40,278 nt of DNA from an uncultured delta proteobacterium. GTDB lineage: Bacteria; Desulfobacterota; Binatia; UBA9968. Below the pieces are notes generated by a model. It was not told where the DNA came from, made no database searches, and worked only from the letters and a program-made list of their open reading frames with translations. Below, one piece after another: positions 20,310 to 29,063 of this stretch; position 1 is the first letter of the stretch, and the number at the start of each line of letters is the position of its first letter. Both the position numbers and the translations under genes were made by a program. Location: positions 1-40,278 of the forward strand of contig CAWJBB010000017.1 of NCBI GenBank assembly GCA_963840855.1. Direction: 5' to 3'.

Positions 20310-21368
20310 TGAATTCCCCGGCTTGGCCGGAGAACCGCTGGGTGCGCTTTGGATCTTTTGCCAAAAATGACACGACACCCAGTGGTCTTTCCCTGACGTG
20401 GCTTTGATATTTTCAAGGGACGGAGTTTCATCACGGCAGCGCTGCTCCGCGTAGGGACAGCGCGGATGGTAGCGGCACCCTTGCGGTGGATTCAAGAGGC
20501 TGGGAACGTCGCCAGGCACAAAGCGTTCCACGGCGTTCAGCTGGGCGCGGGCTCCCAGGTCGGCGCGCAGCACGGATGCCAGCAAGCCTCGAGTGTAGGG
20601 ATGTAGAGGCTGCGTAAACAGCTGTTCCGACGACGCCATTTCGACAATCCGGCCCAGGTACATCACCGCCACGCGGTCACTCAAATAGCGCACGACCCCT
20701 AGGTTGTGGGCTATGAACAGGTAGGCAACTCCCATGCGCGCCTTGAGATCCTGCAGCAAATTGATGACCTGGGCTTGGATCGACACATCCAAAGATGAAA
20801 CCGGTTCATCACACACCACCAACTTTGGATGGGTTACAAGAGCGCGCGCGATGCCGACGCGTTGCTGCTGCCCGCCGCTTAGTTGGGCCGGCCGCTGGTC
20901 GTCATAGGTTTCGTCAAGGCCTACCTGTGCGAGCATTTCGCGCGCGATGCCGCCCCGTTTGCGCCGGCTGGCCAAATGGTGGACGCGCAGCGGTTCTTCA
21001 ACGATCCGGCGCACCTTCCAGCGCGGGTTCAATGAGCCGCGCGGATCCTGAAACACGATCTGCATATGACGGCGCATGGAACGAAGAGGCGGACCGGATA
21101 GTTGCGTCAAGTCTCGGCCGAGGAAACTGACCTTGCCCGAAGTTGGACGAATCAATTGCAGTATCGCCCGCCCTAAGCTTGATTTCCCACAGCCGCTCTC
21201 ACCCACCAGTCCCAGCGTTTCACCTTCGCGCAGCTCTAGCGACACCCGATCCACCGCGGTCAGGAATCGATTGCGGCCGAGAGCGAAACGCACTTCCAAC
21301 CCTTCGACCGAAAGCAAAAGGTCGGCGCTACCCCGCGTATAGCCGTGAGCTCTTTCCGGCTCGTTCAT
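20277..21368 (-). CDS. ABC ATPase (DppF/OppF-like)
   Basis: GESGCGKS, LSGGQQQR, CDEPVSSLD, GCRYHPRCP; overlaps the stop of the upstream ATPase gene. Confidence 0.93.
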   Translation of the reverse strand: MNEPERAHGYTRGSADLLLSVEGLEVRFALGRNRFLTAVDRVSLELREGETLGLVGESGCGKSSLGRAILQLIRPTSGKVSFLGRDLTQLSGPPLRSMRRHMQIVFQDPRGSLNPRWKVRRIVEEPLRVHHLASRRKRGGIAREMLAQVGLDETYDDQRPAQLSGGQQQRVGIARALVTHPKLVVCDEPVSSLDVSIQAQVINLLQDLKARMGVAYLFIAHNLGVVRYLSDRVAVMYLGRIVEMASSEQLFTQPLHPYTRGLLASVLRADLGARAQLNAVERFVPGDVPSLLNPPQGCRYHPRCPYAEQRCRDETPSLENIKATSGKDHWVSCHFWQKIQSAPSGSPAKPGNSVQSSKFKVQG

Positions 21369-22396
21369 GCTTTTTCCTGACTCTCCATCGAATCTTGCCG
21401 GGCGGATCCCACTATCCGCTCGTGGGCCAGCCAGCAAGCACTGCTGTGATTGGCGCCGACTTCCGCCGATGGCGGGTCTTCCTGGCGACAACGCTCAAGG
21501 GCAAACTCACAACGCTCAGCGAAGCGGCAGCCCTGGTGGGAATCAAAGACCGGCGCGGGTTGACCCGGAATCGGTCTGAGCCGCTCCTTGGCCAAGGTCT
21601 CCAAGCGCGGCACCAACTGCAGTAAGGCAGTCGTATAAGGATGATTGGGCCGCTCCAGGATGTCCGCTACTGTTCCCCGCTCGACGAGCCGTCCGCCGTA
21701 CATGACTTGGGCGGCGTCGCAGGTGGCGGCGACCACGCCAAAATCATGACTGATCATGATGAGCGCCATCCCGGATTCCTCTCTGAGATGATTGAGAAGC
21801 GCCAGGACCTGGGCCTGAACGGTGACATCGAGAGCCGTGGTGGGTTCGTCCGCGATCAATAATTTAGGCTCGCAGGCTATCGCAATGGCAATCATGATGC
21901 GCTGGCGCATGCCGCCGCTGAAGCGGTCGGGAAGATCGTCGTAACGGCGGGCCGGGTCGCCGATCCCAACGCGCTCCATCAGTTCTTGAGCTTTGCGCCT
22001 TGCTTGCGCGCCACCTAATGCGCGCTGAAAGCGCAGGGTCTCTGCAATTTGCTCACCCACCGAGATCATGGGGTTCAACGACGTCAACGGGTCCTGAAAC
22101 ACCATGCCGATCTGCGCCCCACGGACCCGGCGTAATTCAGACTCCGGGAGCTGAAGAAGATTGGTGCCCTCAAACAGCACCTCCCCTGCCAGTTCAACTC
22201 TGTCCAGTGGCCCGAACAGGCGCAGGATCGTGAGCGCGGTTACACTCTTGCCGCTGCCGCTCTCGCCAACGATGCCAACGGCCTCGCGTCGCCCGAGAGA
22301 AAAGGAAACATCGTCGACTGCGCGCAAAATACCCCGTGGCATTACAAAACGCGTGCTCAGGTTTCTCACTTCCAGGAGTGGCGAAAGTGCGTTCAC
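21365..22396 (-). CDS. ABC ATPase (DppD/OppD-like)
   Basis: [28 protein letters not shown] start overlaps the dppC TGA (GTGA). Confidence 0.93.
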   Translation of the reverse strand: MNALSPLLEVRNLSTRFVMPRGILRAVDDVSFSLGRREAVGIVGESGSGKSVTALTILRLFGPLDRVELAGEVLFEGTNLLQLPESELRRVRGAQIGMVFQDPLTSLNPMISVGEQIAETLRFQRALGGAQARRKAQELMERVGIGDPARRYDDLPDRFSGGMRQRIMIAIAIACEPKLLIADEPTTALDVTVQAQVLALLNHLREESGMALIMISHDFGVVAATCDAAQVMYGGRLVERGTVADILERPNHPYTTALLQLVPRLETLAKERLRPIPGQPAPVFDSHQGCRFAERCEFALERCRQEDPPSAEVGANHSSACWLAHERIVGSARQDSMESQEKA

Positions 22397-23298
22397 GCCG
22401 CGGCGCCCCGCAGTTTGGCAAAATGACGTGAAAGCATATTGAGCGCGAGAACCGTCAAGCCGAGCATCAAGCCGGGCATGATCGCCAGCCACCACGCCAC
22501 GGCGAGATAGGGACGGCCACGGGCGATGAGCAGACCCCAGGTCGACTGGGGCGGCTGAACCCCGACCCCAAGAAAGCTCAAGCCGGCTTCCGCAAGCATA
22601 ACGTGGCCGATCTCGATGACCGCCAGCACCGCGATCCGCGGGGCAAGATTGGGTAGGATGTGATACCAGAGCACAGCCCAATCCGTACAGCCGGAGGCGA
22701 TCGCGGCTTCGACGAACAGACAAGCGCGAATGCGCCCGCTTTCGGCACGCACCAGACGGGCAAATACGGGCCAGACCAGAGTGGGCAGGATGATCATCAC
22801 GTTGAGGATGGTCGGCCCGATCACCGTCAGAAAAAAAATCGCCACAAGGAACATGGGCATCGCCGTCTGTGCTTCGGTGAGCCGCATCACCAGGCGATCG
22901 ACCAACCCGCCATAGAAACCTGCCAGCATCCCGAGCGCGACGCCCAAGATCAAGCCGACAAAAGTGCTCGCGACACCGATAATCAAGGTCAAGCGGGCCC
23001 CGGCGATCAGGTTTGACAGCACGTCACGTCCCAACTGGTCCGTGCCAAGTAAATGAAGCCCCCGGCTCGACTCCGAGAACGGCGGCAGCAACCTTGCGGT
23101 AACCATTTGGCTAGTGGAATCATAGGGCGCAAGCTCGCCCCCGGTAACCGCGAACAAGGATACAAGCAGCAGGTAGACAACCCAGAGAAGGACACTGAGG
23201 CCGCCTGTTGAGGCCCACATCGAGTTGATATTCACCACCGGCGCCGGCAACGCCTGTGCCGAAGATCCGGCTTCATGGTTCGGACTATTCATTGCCAC
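22393..23298 (-). CDS. ABC permease (DppC/OppC-like)
   Basis: HLLGTDQLGRD, FVEAAIASG, EAGLSFLGVGVQPP. Confidence 0.93.
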   Translation of the reverse strand: MAMNSPNHEAGSSAQALPAPVVNINSMWASTGGLSVLLWVVYLLLVSLFAVTGGELAPYDSTSQMVTARLLPPFSESSRGLHLLGTDQLGRDVLSNLIAGARLTLIIGVASTFVGLILGVALGMLAGFYGGLVDRLVMRLTEAQTAMPMFLVAIFFLTVIGPTILNVMIILPTLVWPVFARLVRAESGRIRACLFVEAAIASGCTDWAVLWYHILPNLAPRIAVLAVIEIGHVMLAEAGLSFLGVGVQPPQSTWGLLIARGRPYLAVAWWLAIMPGLMLGLTVLALNMLSRHFAKLRGAAA

Positions 23299-23344
23299 TG
23301 ATATTTCATCACTCGAAGCTAGAGAATTTCACCACGAAGTGATT

Positions 23345-23570
23345 CATGATCTTACGCTCGCCCGCAGAAGATGAAAATGGGAGGCAGATGCGGTAAGCAG
23401 GGAGCGGCGCCCCAGCGAAGAGATCGATAAGTGAGTGGCGCGAGAGAGCCCGACACGAAGTGTGATCCGGGACATCCTTCGGCGCCTCAGATTGTCGCCT
23501 CGTCATCTGCCGACGAGAGCACGCGAAGGAGAATCGAATATGCCGTATGTCCCCTGGGTGTGCCGCAAGA
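23345..23570 (+). ncRNA. Putative IS110 bridge RNA (left non-coding end)
   Basis: 245-nt non-coding left end with stems (e.g. CTCGTC/GACGAG 23499-23517). Loop arms CACGAAG (23454-23460) and TCCTTCG (23475-23481) match the left and right sides of the target. Boundaries approximate. Confidence 0.7.
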
Positions 23571-23584
23571 AAGGGGGAGCGTCT

Positions 23585-24355
23585 ATGAGCAAGAAGAACA
23601 GTAGCCCTGCGGGGCTGCAGGCCTTGTATGCGCGCGTGTGCGGGTTGGACCTGCACAAAAAACTGATCGTGGCGTGCGTGCGTATCCTCAATGCGAAGGA
23701 TGGCACGGTGCAGAGCACGCTGCGTAAGTTCGGTACGATGACGGCCGATCTGATAGAGCTGCGCCAGTGGTTGACCGAGCAGGGGGTGACCCACGTGGCG
23801 ATGGAGTCGACGGGGATTTACTGGCAGCCGGTGTTCAACCTGCTCGAAGGCCATTTCAAGCTGTTGCTGATCAACGCCCAGCATCTGAAGAAAGTGCCTG
23901 GGCGAAAGACCGATATGAAGGACGCGGAGTGGATCGCGCAGCTTTTGCAGTGTGGGCTGTTGAGGCCGAGTTTTGTTCCCGACCGCCAGCAGCGCGAGCT
24001 GCGGGATCTGACGCGTCAACAGACCAAGCTGGTGCAGCAGCGAAATGCGGTGGACAACCGCATCCAGAAGGTGTTGGAGACAGCCAACATTAAGCTGGGC
24101 TCGGTAGCCAGTGATGTGATGGGGGCGTCGGGACGCAAGATGATCGAGGCGCTGATCGCTGGAGAGAAAGACGTTACAGTGTTGGCGGATCTGGCCCAGC
24201 GCCAGCTGCGCGGCAAGATCCCCGAATTGCAGCGCGCTTTGGAGGGAGAGCTGACCGAGCATCACCGCTTTTTGCTGCGGCAGTTGCTTGGACAATACGA
24301 CTTTCTCGAAAAGGAGATCGCCAGCGTAAGCGAGCGGTTGGGGGCGGTCCCCCTT
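23585..24355 (+). pseudogene. IS110 recombinase, N-terminal DEDD/RuvC domain and coiled coil only; C-terminal Tnp (serine) domain missing
   Basis: CGLDLHKK, VAMESTGIYWQP, PGRKTDMKDAEWIAQL; AAGGGGGAG RBS. IS110-like sequence stops after SERLGAV where a REP begins. AAAGCAGCCTGA at 24466-24477 may be the original 3' end. Confidence 0.9.
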
Positions 24356-24466
24356 CGTTGCCCGGATAGAGCAAAGCTTAATGCGGGTTTCTTCATTCAC
24401 GCACGCCGTTGCCTCTGCCACGCCACATGACACCTTCCTGGATTCCGCTTCGCTCCATCCAGGCTA
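24356..24466. repeat. Degenerate GTAG-type REP doublet inside the IS110
   Basis: CGTTGCCCGGATAGAGCAAAGCTTAATGCGGG ... TTCCTGGATTCCGCTTCGCTCCATCCAGGCTA, homologous to both halves of 4180-4246. Confidence 0.75.
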
Positions 24467-24504
24467 AAGCAGCCTGAAGCCCACCCCCACCCAAATTTTC
24501 GAAG

Positions 24505-24612
24505 GAGGCACGAAGAACACGAAGGGTTCGGATATTTATACTCTTAAACTTCGTGAACTTCGTGCCTCCTTCGTGGTGAGTCCCCTCTTCTTTGCGCCCT
24601 TTGCGGTTAAAT
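24505..24612. repeat. Remainder of the CACGAAG repeat interrupted by IS110 (first part at 23329-23339)
   Basis: Near-identical to 11861-11962, including spacer TTCGGAT.TTTATACTCTTAAA and tail. Confidence 0.9.
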
Positions 24613-24647
24613 GTCTTCTTCGGTTGCGAGCTACACCGTCCTGGGCT

Positions 24648-25583
24648 TTACGCCAGCCGCATGCGCATATCCAAGACGCGGTAGAAAAGGTCCACAATCG
24701 CATTTGTCAGGACCACAAAAGCTCCGGCCACGATCACCGCGGCCTGCAGCACGGGGAAGTCCTGGCGCGAAGCGGCATGAATCATCAGCTGGCCGATCCC
24801 CGGCCAAGCGAATACCACCTCGATGGCAAAGGCTGCTCCGCCCATCATGCGGACATATTCCCAGCCGATGGCCGTCATCATAGTCACCGCAATATTGCGC
24901 AAAATATGGCGCCAAAGGATCAGCCGGTCAGGCAATCCTTTGCTTCTGGCCACCAGGGCATAGGGCTTAGCCATCTCCTCGAACGTCGCCGAGCGTACCA
25001 ACTGAAATATGCGCCCCCCGTGAACCATCCCCAGGGTTATTGACGGGAGTATCAAACCCTGCCAGCTGGCAAAGCCCGAGGTTGGCAGCGCCCGCAAATT
25101 AACCGAGACAACGACGATTAGAAGCAACCCTAACCAGAAATTAGGAACTGAGAGGGCGACCACCGAGAGAAAATTTCCACTGCGATCTAAAAAAGACTCC
25201 GGGCGCGCTCCCGCCAGGACACCGAGAAAGGAGCCCCCTAGACCGGCCAGAAAAATGCCTAACACCGTTAATAAAATCGTCGCCGGCAGAGCTTCGATGA
25301 CGACGGCCAAGGCGGGCCGGTTTTGCCATAGCGACTGGCCGAAGTCACCGCGAGCGAGGGCGCCAAAATAGGTTATGAACTGCTCACTGAAAGGCCGGTC
25401 GAGGCCGAGTTGTTGCCTGATGCGGGCAATTTCCTGTTCGCTGGCGTCCACGGGAGCCATTACCAAAGCGGGGTCGCCAACGACATGGCCCAAAACAAAA
25501 ATCACCAAAGTCACGAGAAACAGGACAACGAGCCCGTCGCGCAAGCGTCGGAGCGTGAACCCGGCTACCGATTGGAAATCCAA
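24648..25583 (-). CDS. ABC permease (DppB/OppB-like)
   Basis: VGDPA, LGLDRPF, YALVARSKGL, EVVFAWPGIG; TTG start. Confidence 0.93.
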   Translation of the reverse strand: MDFQSVAGFTLRRLRDGLVVLFLVTLVIFVLGHVVGDPALVMAPVDASEQEIARIRQQLGLDRPFSEQFITYFGALARGDFGQSLWQNRPALAVVIEALPATILLTVLGIFLAGLGGSFLGVLAGARPESFLDRSGNFLSVVALSVPNFWLGLLLIVVVSVNLRALPTSGFASWQGLILPSITLGMVHGGRIFQLVRSATFEEMAKPYALVARSKGLPDRLILWRHILRNIAVTMMTAIGWEYVRMMGGAAFAIEVVFAWPGIGQLMIHAASRQDFPVLQAAVIVAGAFVVLTNAIVDLFYRVLDMRMRLA

Positions 25584-25705
25584 GGCGTACCTATTTTAAT
25601 CTTTGTGCACCGTCGGACTCACTTAGGGCGAACCAAGAAAGGCTGGAGAATGGCCAAGACTTGAGGCGATTGACAGCGCATTGCAGTTTCGACGGCGCGT
25701 TAGAG

Positions 25706-27199
25706 TCACTCCGTGAGCCGCATGGCAGCGACCCGTACGTCATCGTCGAGCCGTGGTTGCCAGTCCAGACGTTTTGCCAACCCGTAGATGAGATTCTGCT
25801 GCAAAAGATAGATTGCATGCGGGTCTTCATTGAGAGTAGCCCAGACTTGCTGGTACAGATTGTCGCGCGCCTTCTGGTCTAACGTTTTGATCGCCCGATC
25901 CATCAGGTCGTCAATTTTTTTGTTGCACAGCTTACTCGAAGTGCCATCGCAGGTAATATGCGCCACGATCCGCGAAGCGTCAAACCACTCATTGGAGTTC
26001 CAACCGTACTTGAGGTCGAAAGCTCCCGCCTCGTTACCGGGGATTCTACCCAACTTGCGATAGGCGTTCCATTCATGCAATTGGAGTTTGACCCTCACGC
26101 CGATTTCCTTCAGCTGCGCCGCGACCACTTCAGAGGTTTCTTCTCCCTTGAGATATCTGCCGATGGGCGCATGAAGGACCAGTTCGAAACCGTCCGGATA
26201 ACCGGCTTCCTTGAGCAACTGCCGCGCGCGCTTCGGGTCGTAGGGAAATGGTTTCAACTTGGGGTTGTAACCCAGCATTCCCTTGGCGAGATGCTGCGCG
26301 TCCATGGGGCGTCCATGTCCTAGATAGATGGTCTTGGCGAGGGTTTCCTTGTCCACCGCAAGATTCAGCGCAAGGCGAACTTTGGGGTTCGCCATTTCTT
26401 TCTTATGCGCGTTGAATTGAATGTAGCTGAATTCTGTCGCCGGAACGGAAACGAACCTGGGGGCGAGTTTCGCCTGCTCCGGCAAGAGATCCAGCACTAA
26501 ATCAATCTCTCCGGTTTGCAAAGCTGCGATCTGCGTCTGAGGATCGGGAATGACACGAACGATAAATTCGCTTATGGAAGGCTTCTTACCCCAGTATCCG
26601 TCGTGGATTGTCAGGGAAATCTCCCGGCCTCGATTCCAGCGCACAAACTTGTAAGGACCCGTACCCACGGGAGCCTCGCCGAATGTTTTCTCCCGCGCCG
26701 CCTTGGCTGGCACCATGACGAGCTGGGTCATCTGGACCGGCAGCACCGCATTGGTGCCGTCGGTCGTAACATCGATGGTGTTTTCGTCGACAACTTTAGC
26801 GCCGGTGATGGCTTCGATATAGGAGGTCCGCTGGGTCTTGAACTGCTTGTCGATGATCCGGTTCACGCTGAACGCCGCGGCGTGCGCGTCGAAGGGCTCG
26901 CCGTTGTGGAACTTCACATTTTTACGCAGGCGGAACCGCCAAGTGTTGTCGTTAACCGCGCGATAGCTTTCCGCCAGCCACGGCACGATCTCGCCGCTAC
27001 GGTCCCGATCCAACAGGCTTTCAAAAATATTCCCGCTGGCCACGCGCGAATTGCGGTCGATCACCGCCTGCCCGTCCAGGGTGGAAGGCTCGGTGGATAT
27101 TGCGATGACCAACGGCCGTGTAGGTTTCACGGCGGCGCCCGTCAGGCAAAACAGGGCAACACTTAAGAGAGTGGTGTATCTAAAGACACTAGATTTCAT
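25706..27199 (-). CDS. Family 5 SBP (DppA/OppA-like)
   Basis: LAESYRAVNDNTWRFRLRKNVKFHNGEPF, PVGTGPYKF, GGAGG RBS. Confidence 0.95.
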   Translation of the reverse strand: MKSSVFRYTTLLSVALFCLTGAAVKPTRPLVIAISTEPSTLDGQAVIDRNSRVASGNIFESLLDRDRSGEIVPWLAESYRAVNDNTWRFRLRKNVKFHNGEPFDAHAAAFSVNRIIDKQFKTQRTSYIEAITGAKVVDENTIDVTTDGTNAVLPVQMTQLVMVPAKAAREKTFGEAPVGTGPYKFVRWNRGREISLTIHDGYWGKKPSISEFIVRVIPDPQTQIAALQTGEIDLVLDLLPEQAKLAPRFVSVPATEFSYIQFNAHKKEMANPKVRLALNLAVDKETLAKTIYLGHGRPMDAQHLAKGMLGYNPKLKPFPYDPKRARQLLKEAGYPDGFELVLHAPIGRYLKGEETSEVVAAQLKEIGVRVKLQLHEWNAYRKLGRIPGNEAGAFDLKYGWNSNEWFDASRIVAHITCDGTSSKLCNKKIDDLMDRAIKTLDQKARDNLYQQVWATLNEDPHAIYLLQQNLIYGLAKRLDWQPRLDDDVRVAAMRLTE

Positions 27200-27318
27200 A
27201 AATGCCTCCGTAGTACTGCCCCGCTACAAACTCTGCCAACCATCGCCGGCCGATCCGGACGCTTTTTTCCTTTCACTCTCTTCACGCTAGTTCCACGCCC
27301 GACCAACCGCTAAAACCG

Positions 27319-28257
27319 CTATTGGCGACGAGCCGAACGCGTATACAGTTTATCGATAAACCCAGAGTTATCCAATTCCCGCAGATAATGCAGGTCCCAT
27401 AATGCCAGCGGGCTGATTTCCCTGGCTTCAGGCGACTTGATGCAACCGAGATCGTAAGCGTTGATCACCCCTTGAGGGTCCGGATAAGGCTTCTTGGGCA
27501 TGCGCTCGAAGCTTCTGTACGAGTAGGATTCGCCGGTTCTCTTATTGAGCTTCTCGAGAATGCGCTCAGTCTTGGCCCGCTGGGTTTTGGCAAAATGGAT
27601 GCCGAGCACCAGCGCTTTTACCAGGCGCTCGCCCAGCCCTTTCTTTTTCTCCAAGACCGTGTACGACGTCGTCAACGTCGGCCCGTTGATCATCGGCAAA
27701 GGTCCCAGCGGCAAAACGTGAAAGCCGGCCTCTTTGTATCGGTCGCCGGTGCCGGAGATAAAACGCGCATCGGCCTCGCCCGCTTTCAGCGCTTCGAACT
27801 GGGCCTCCGAGTCTTCATGCTCGACCCATTTCACGTCGTCAATGCCAATTCCAGCGCGGATCAAGTACATCATGTGATTGCCCCGGCCATGATGAAACCC
27901 CCCGTCTCTCCCCTCCATGGGCGTATCGGTGATCCGTTTGCCGCGCAGATCCTGAATCGACTGCAACGGTTGGTGCGACGCCACGCTGGCGTTTTGTCCG
28001 TTGACAGGGGAGGCGATGCTGACGATGGGTTTACCCTGAGCGACCAATGCATAGGGTGTAAGATGGTCACCGGAAATGAAATCGATGTCACCCTTAAAGA
28101 GACTGCGCTCCGCATCCGGCGGCTTGGCACAGTATTCGAAACCGACCAGCTCTATACCTGCCTTTTCCCAGATGCCGGCTTGTTGCAGCACCTCCCAAAT
28201 CGGCAGATGACTGCCAGAACGATAAACACCGCGAACCTTTAATTTGCGCTGAGCCAT
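27319..28257 (-). CDS. SsuA/TauA/NMT1-like SBP-fold protein without an obvious signal peptide
   Basis: GIWEKAGIEL, G.IDFISG, SIQDLRGKRI, ALKAGEADA, DL.YLRELDNSGFIDKLY. GGAGAGGAG RBS before ATG 28257. Confidence 0.75.
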   Translation of the reverse strand: MAQRKLKVRGVYRSGSHLPIWEVLQQAGIWEKAGIELVGFEYCAKPPDAERSLFKGDIDFISGDHLTPYALVAQGKPIVSIASPVNGQNASVASHQPLQSIQDLRGKRITDTPMEGRDGGFHHGRGNHMMYLIRAGIGIDDVKWVEHEDSEAQFEALKAGEADARFISGTGDRYKEAGFHVLPLGPLPMINGPTLTTSYTVLEKKKGLGERLVKALVLGIHFAKTQRAKTERILEKLNKRTGESYSYRSFERMPKKPYPDPQGVINAYDLGCIKSPEAREISPLALWDLHYLRELDNSGFIDKLYTRSARRQ

Positions 28258-28334
28258 AATTATCTCCTCTCCCGTTTTTATCAATCGCTGATTATGTGCC
28301 AGAGACCTTCCGACCCTCGTCAGTAAGCATGCTC

Positions 28335-28440
28335 GTTCAAAGTTCAAGGTTCAATGTTCAACGTATCTTGATCCTTGTGACGCGCCGTCCCCAACTTTGA
28401 ACCCGTTCGATAAACTCAGGGCAGACCTTGAACGTTGAAC
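28335..28440. repeat. Inverted GTTCAAN 7-mer arrays, right arm interrupted by CCGTTCGATAAACTCAGGGCAGA (28403-28425)
   Basis: Four GTTCAA units on the left and TTGAAC units on the right. The insert is a reverse-complement relative of the 2311-2334 unit. Confidence 0.8.
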
Positions 28441-28579
28441 CGCGGTCGATACCGCTGATCTCGGTGCCAATAACATACCCCGAGGGAGAAAAAAAGCCAC
28501 GCGGAAGGGGGGCCCTTGACGGCATTTCCACCGGTGCAGTATTGTAGGCAGTCACTAATTTTGAAAGGGAGGTCATTCT

Positions 28580-29005
28580 ATGATCGAAGGAGAAATTCCG
28601 GAGCCGTTTAAGGTCGCCAAGATTCAACCCCAGATGGTTAGCCGTGGAAAAATGGGAAATTCGTTGTTTAGGACGGATATCCTCGGAACTACGGTCCAGG
28701 TGGTCACCGAGGGCGGGGAAACCAATCTTCACGCTCACGCGGGCAGCGACGCAACCTGGCTCGTCATATCCGGTCAGGCGACCTTCTACGCCAAAGGCGA
28801 TAAGGTCGTAGCGCGGTTGGACAAAAATGAAATGCTGCTGATTCCGAGGGGCACGCCTTACTGGTTTGAAAGCAGCAGCAAAGAACCCCTCGTCATCATA
28901 CGCTTTAGCGCCCGGGTCAAGGACCACATCGACAGGCGGATCGATTACACCGAGCGCAAGGCAAAACCGCGAGAGGTAATCCCGGACGCCTTCTTCGAGG
29001 GATAG
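28580..29005 (+). CDS. Cupin domain protein
   Basis: GGETNLHAHAGSDATWLVISG and IPRGTPYWF motifs; GGAGGT RBS. Confidence 0.88.
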   Translation: MIEGEIPEPFKVAKIQPQMVSRGKMGNSLFRTDILGTTVQVVTEGGETNLHAHAGSDATWLVISGQATFYAKGDKVVARLDKNEMLLIPRGTPYWFESSSKEPLVIIRFSARVKDHIDRRIDYTERKAKPREVIPDAFFEG

Positions 29006-29063
29006 GGGTCCGCTGCCGGGAAAAACGGTTCGTTGTTCCCGAAATTGTCGTGAAATCTTCGCT

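Larger units (their letters stand above)
23340..24504 (+). mobile_element. IS110-family element, internally deleted, inserted into a CACGAAG repeat
   Basis: Left junction TCACCACGAAG|TGATTC and right junction AATTTTCGAAG|GAGGCACGAAG. Removing the interval restores TCACCACGAAGGAGGCACGAAG, the exact complement of the repeat's other arm (24558-24579). No terminal inverted repeats. Confidence 0.9.

Noticed and set aside
23435-23584. N-terminal extension of the transposase ORF from GTG 23435
   Set aside because: The RBS and the RuvC motif position support ATG 23585; the upstream part is the structured non-coding end.
23309-24433. 374-aa antisense ORF over the IS110
   Set aside because: Shadow of the GC-rich transposase frame with no recognisable motif. 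The same applies to the many other antisense ORFs in the track.
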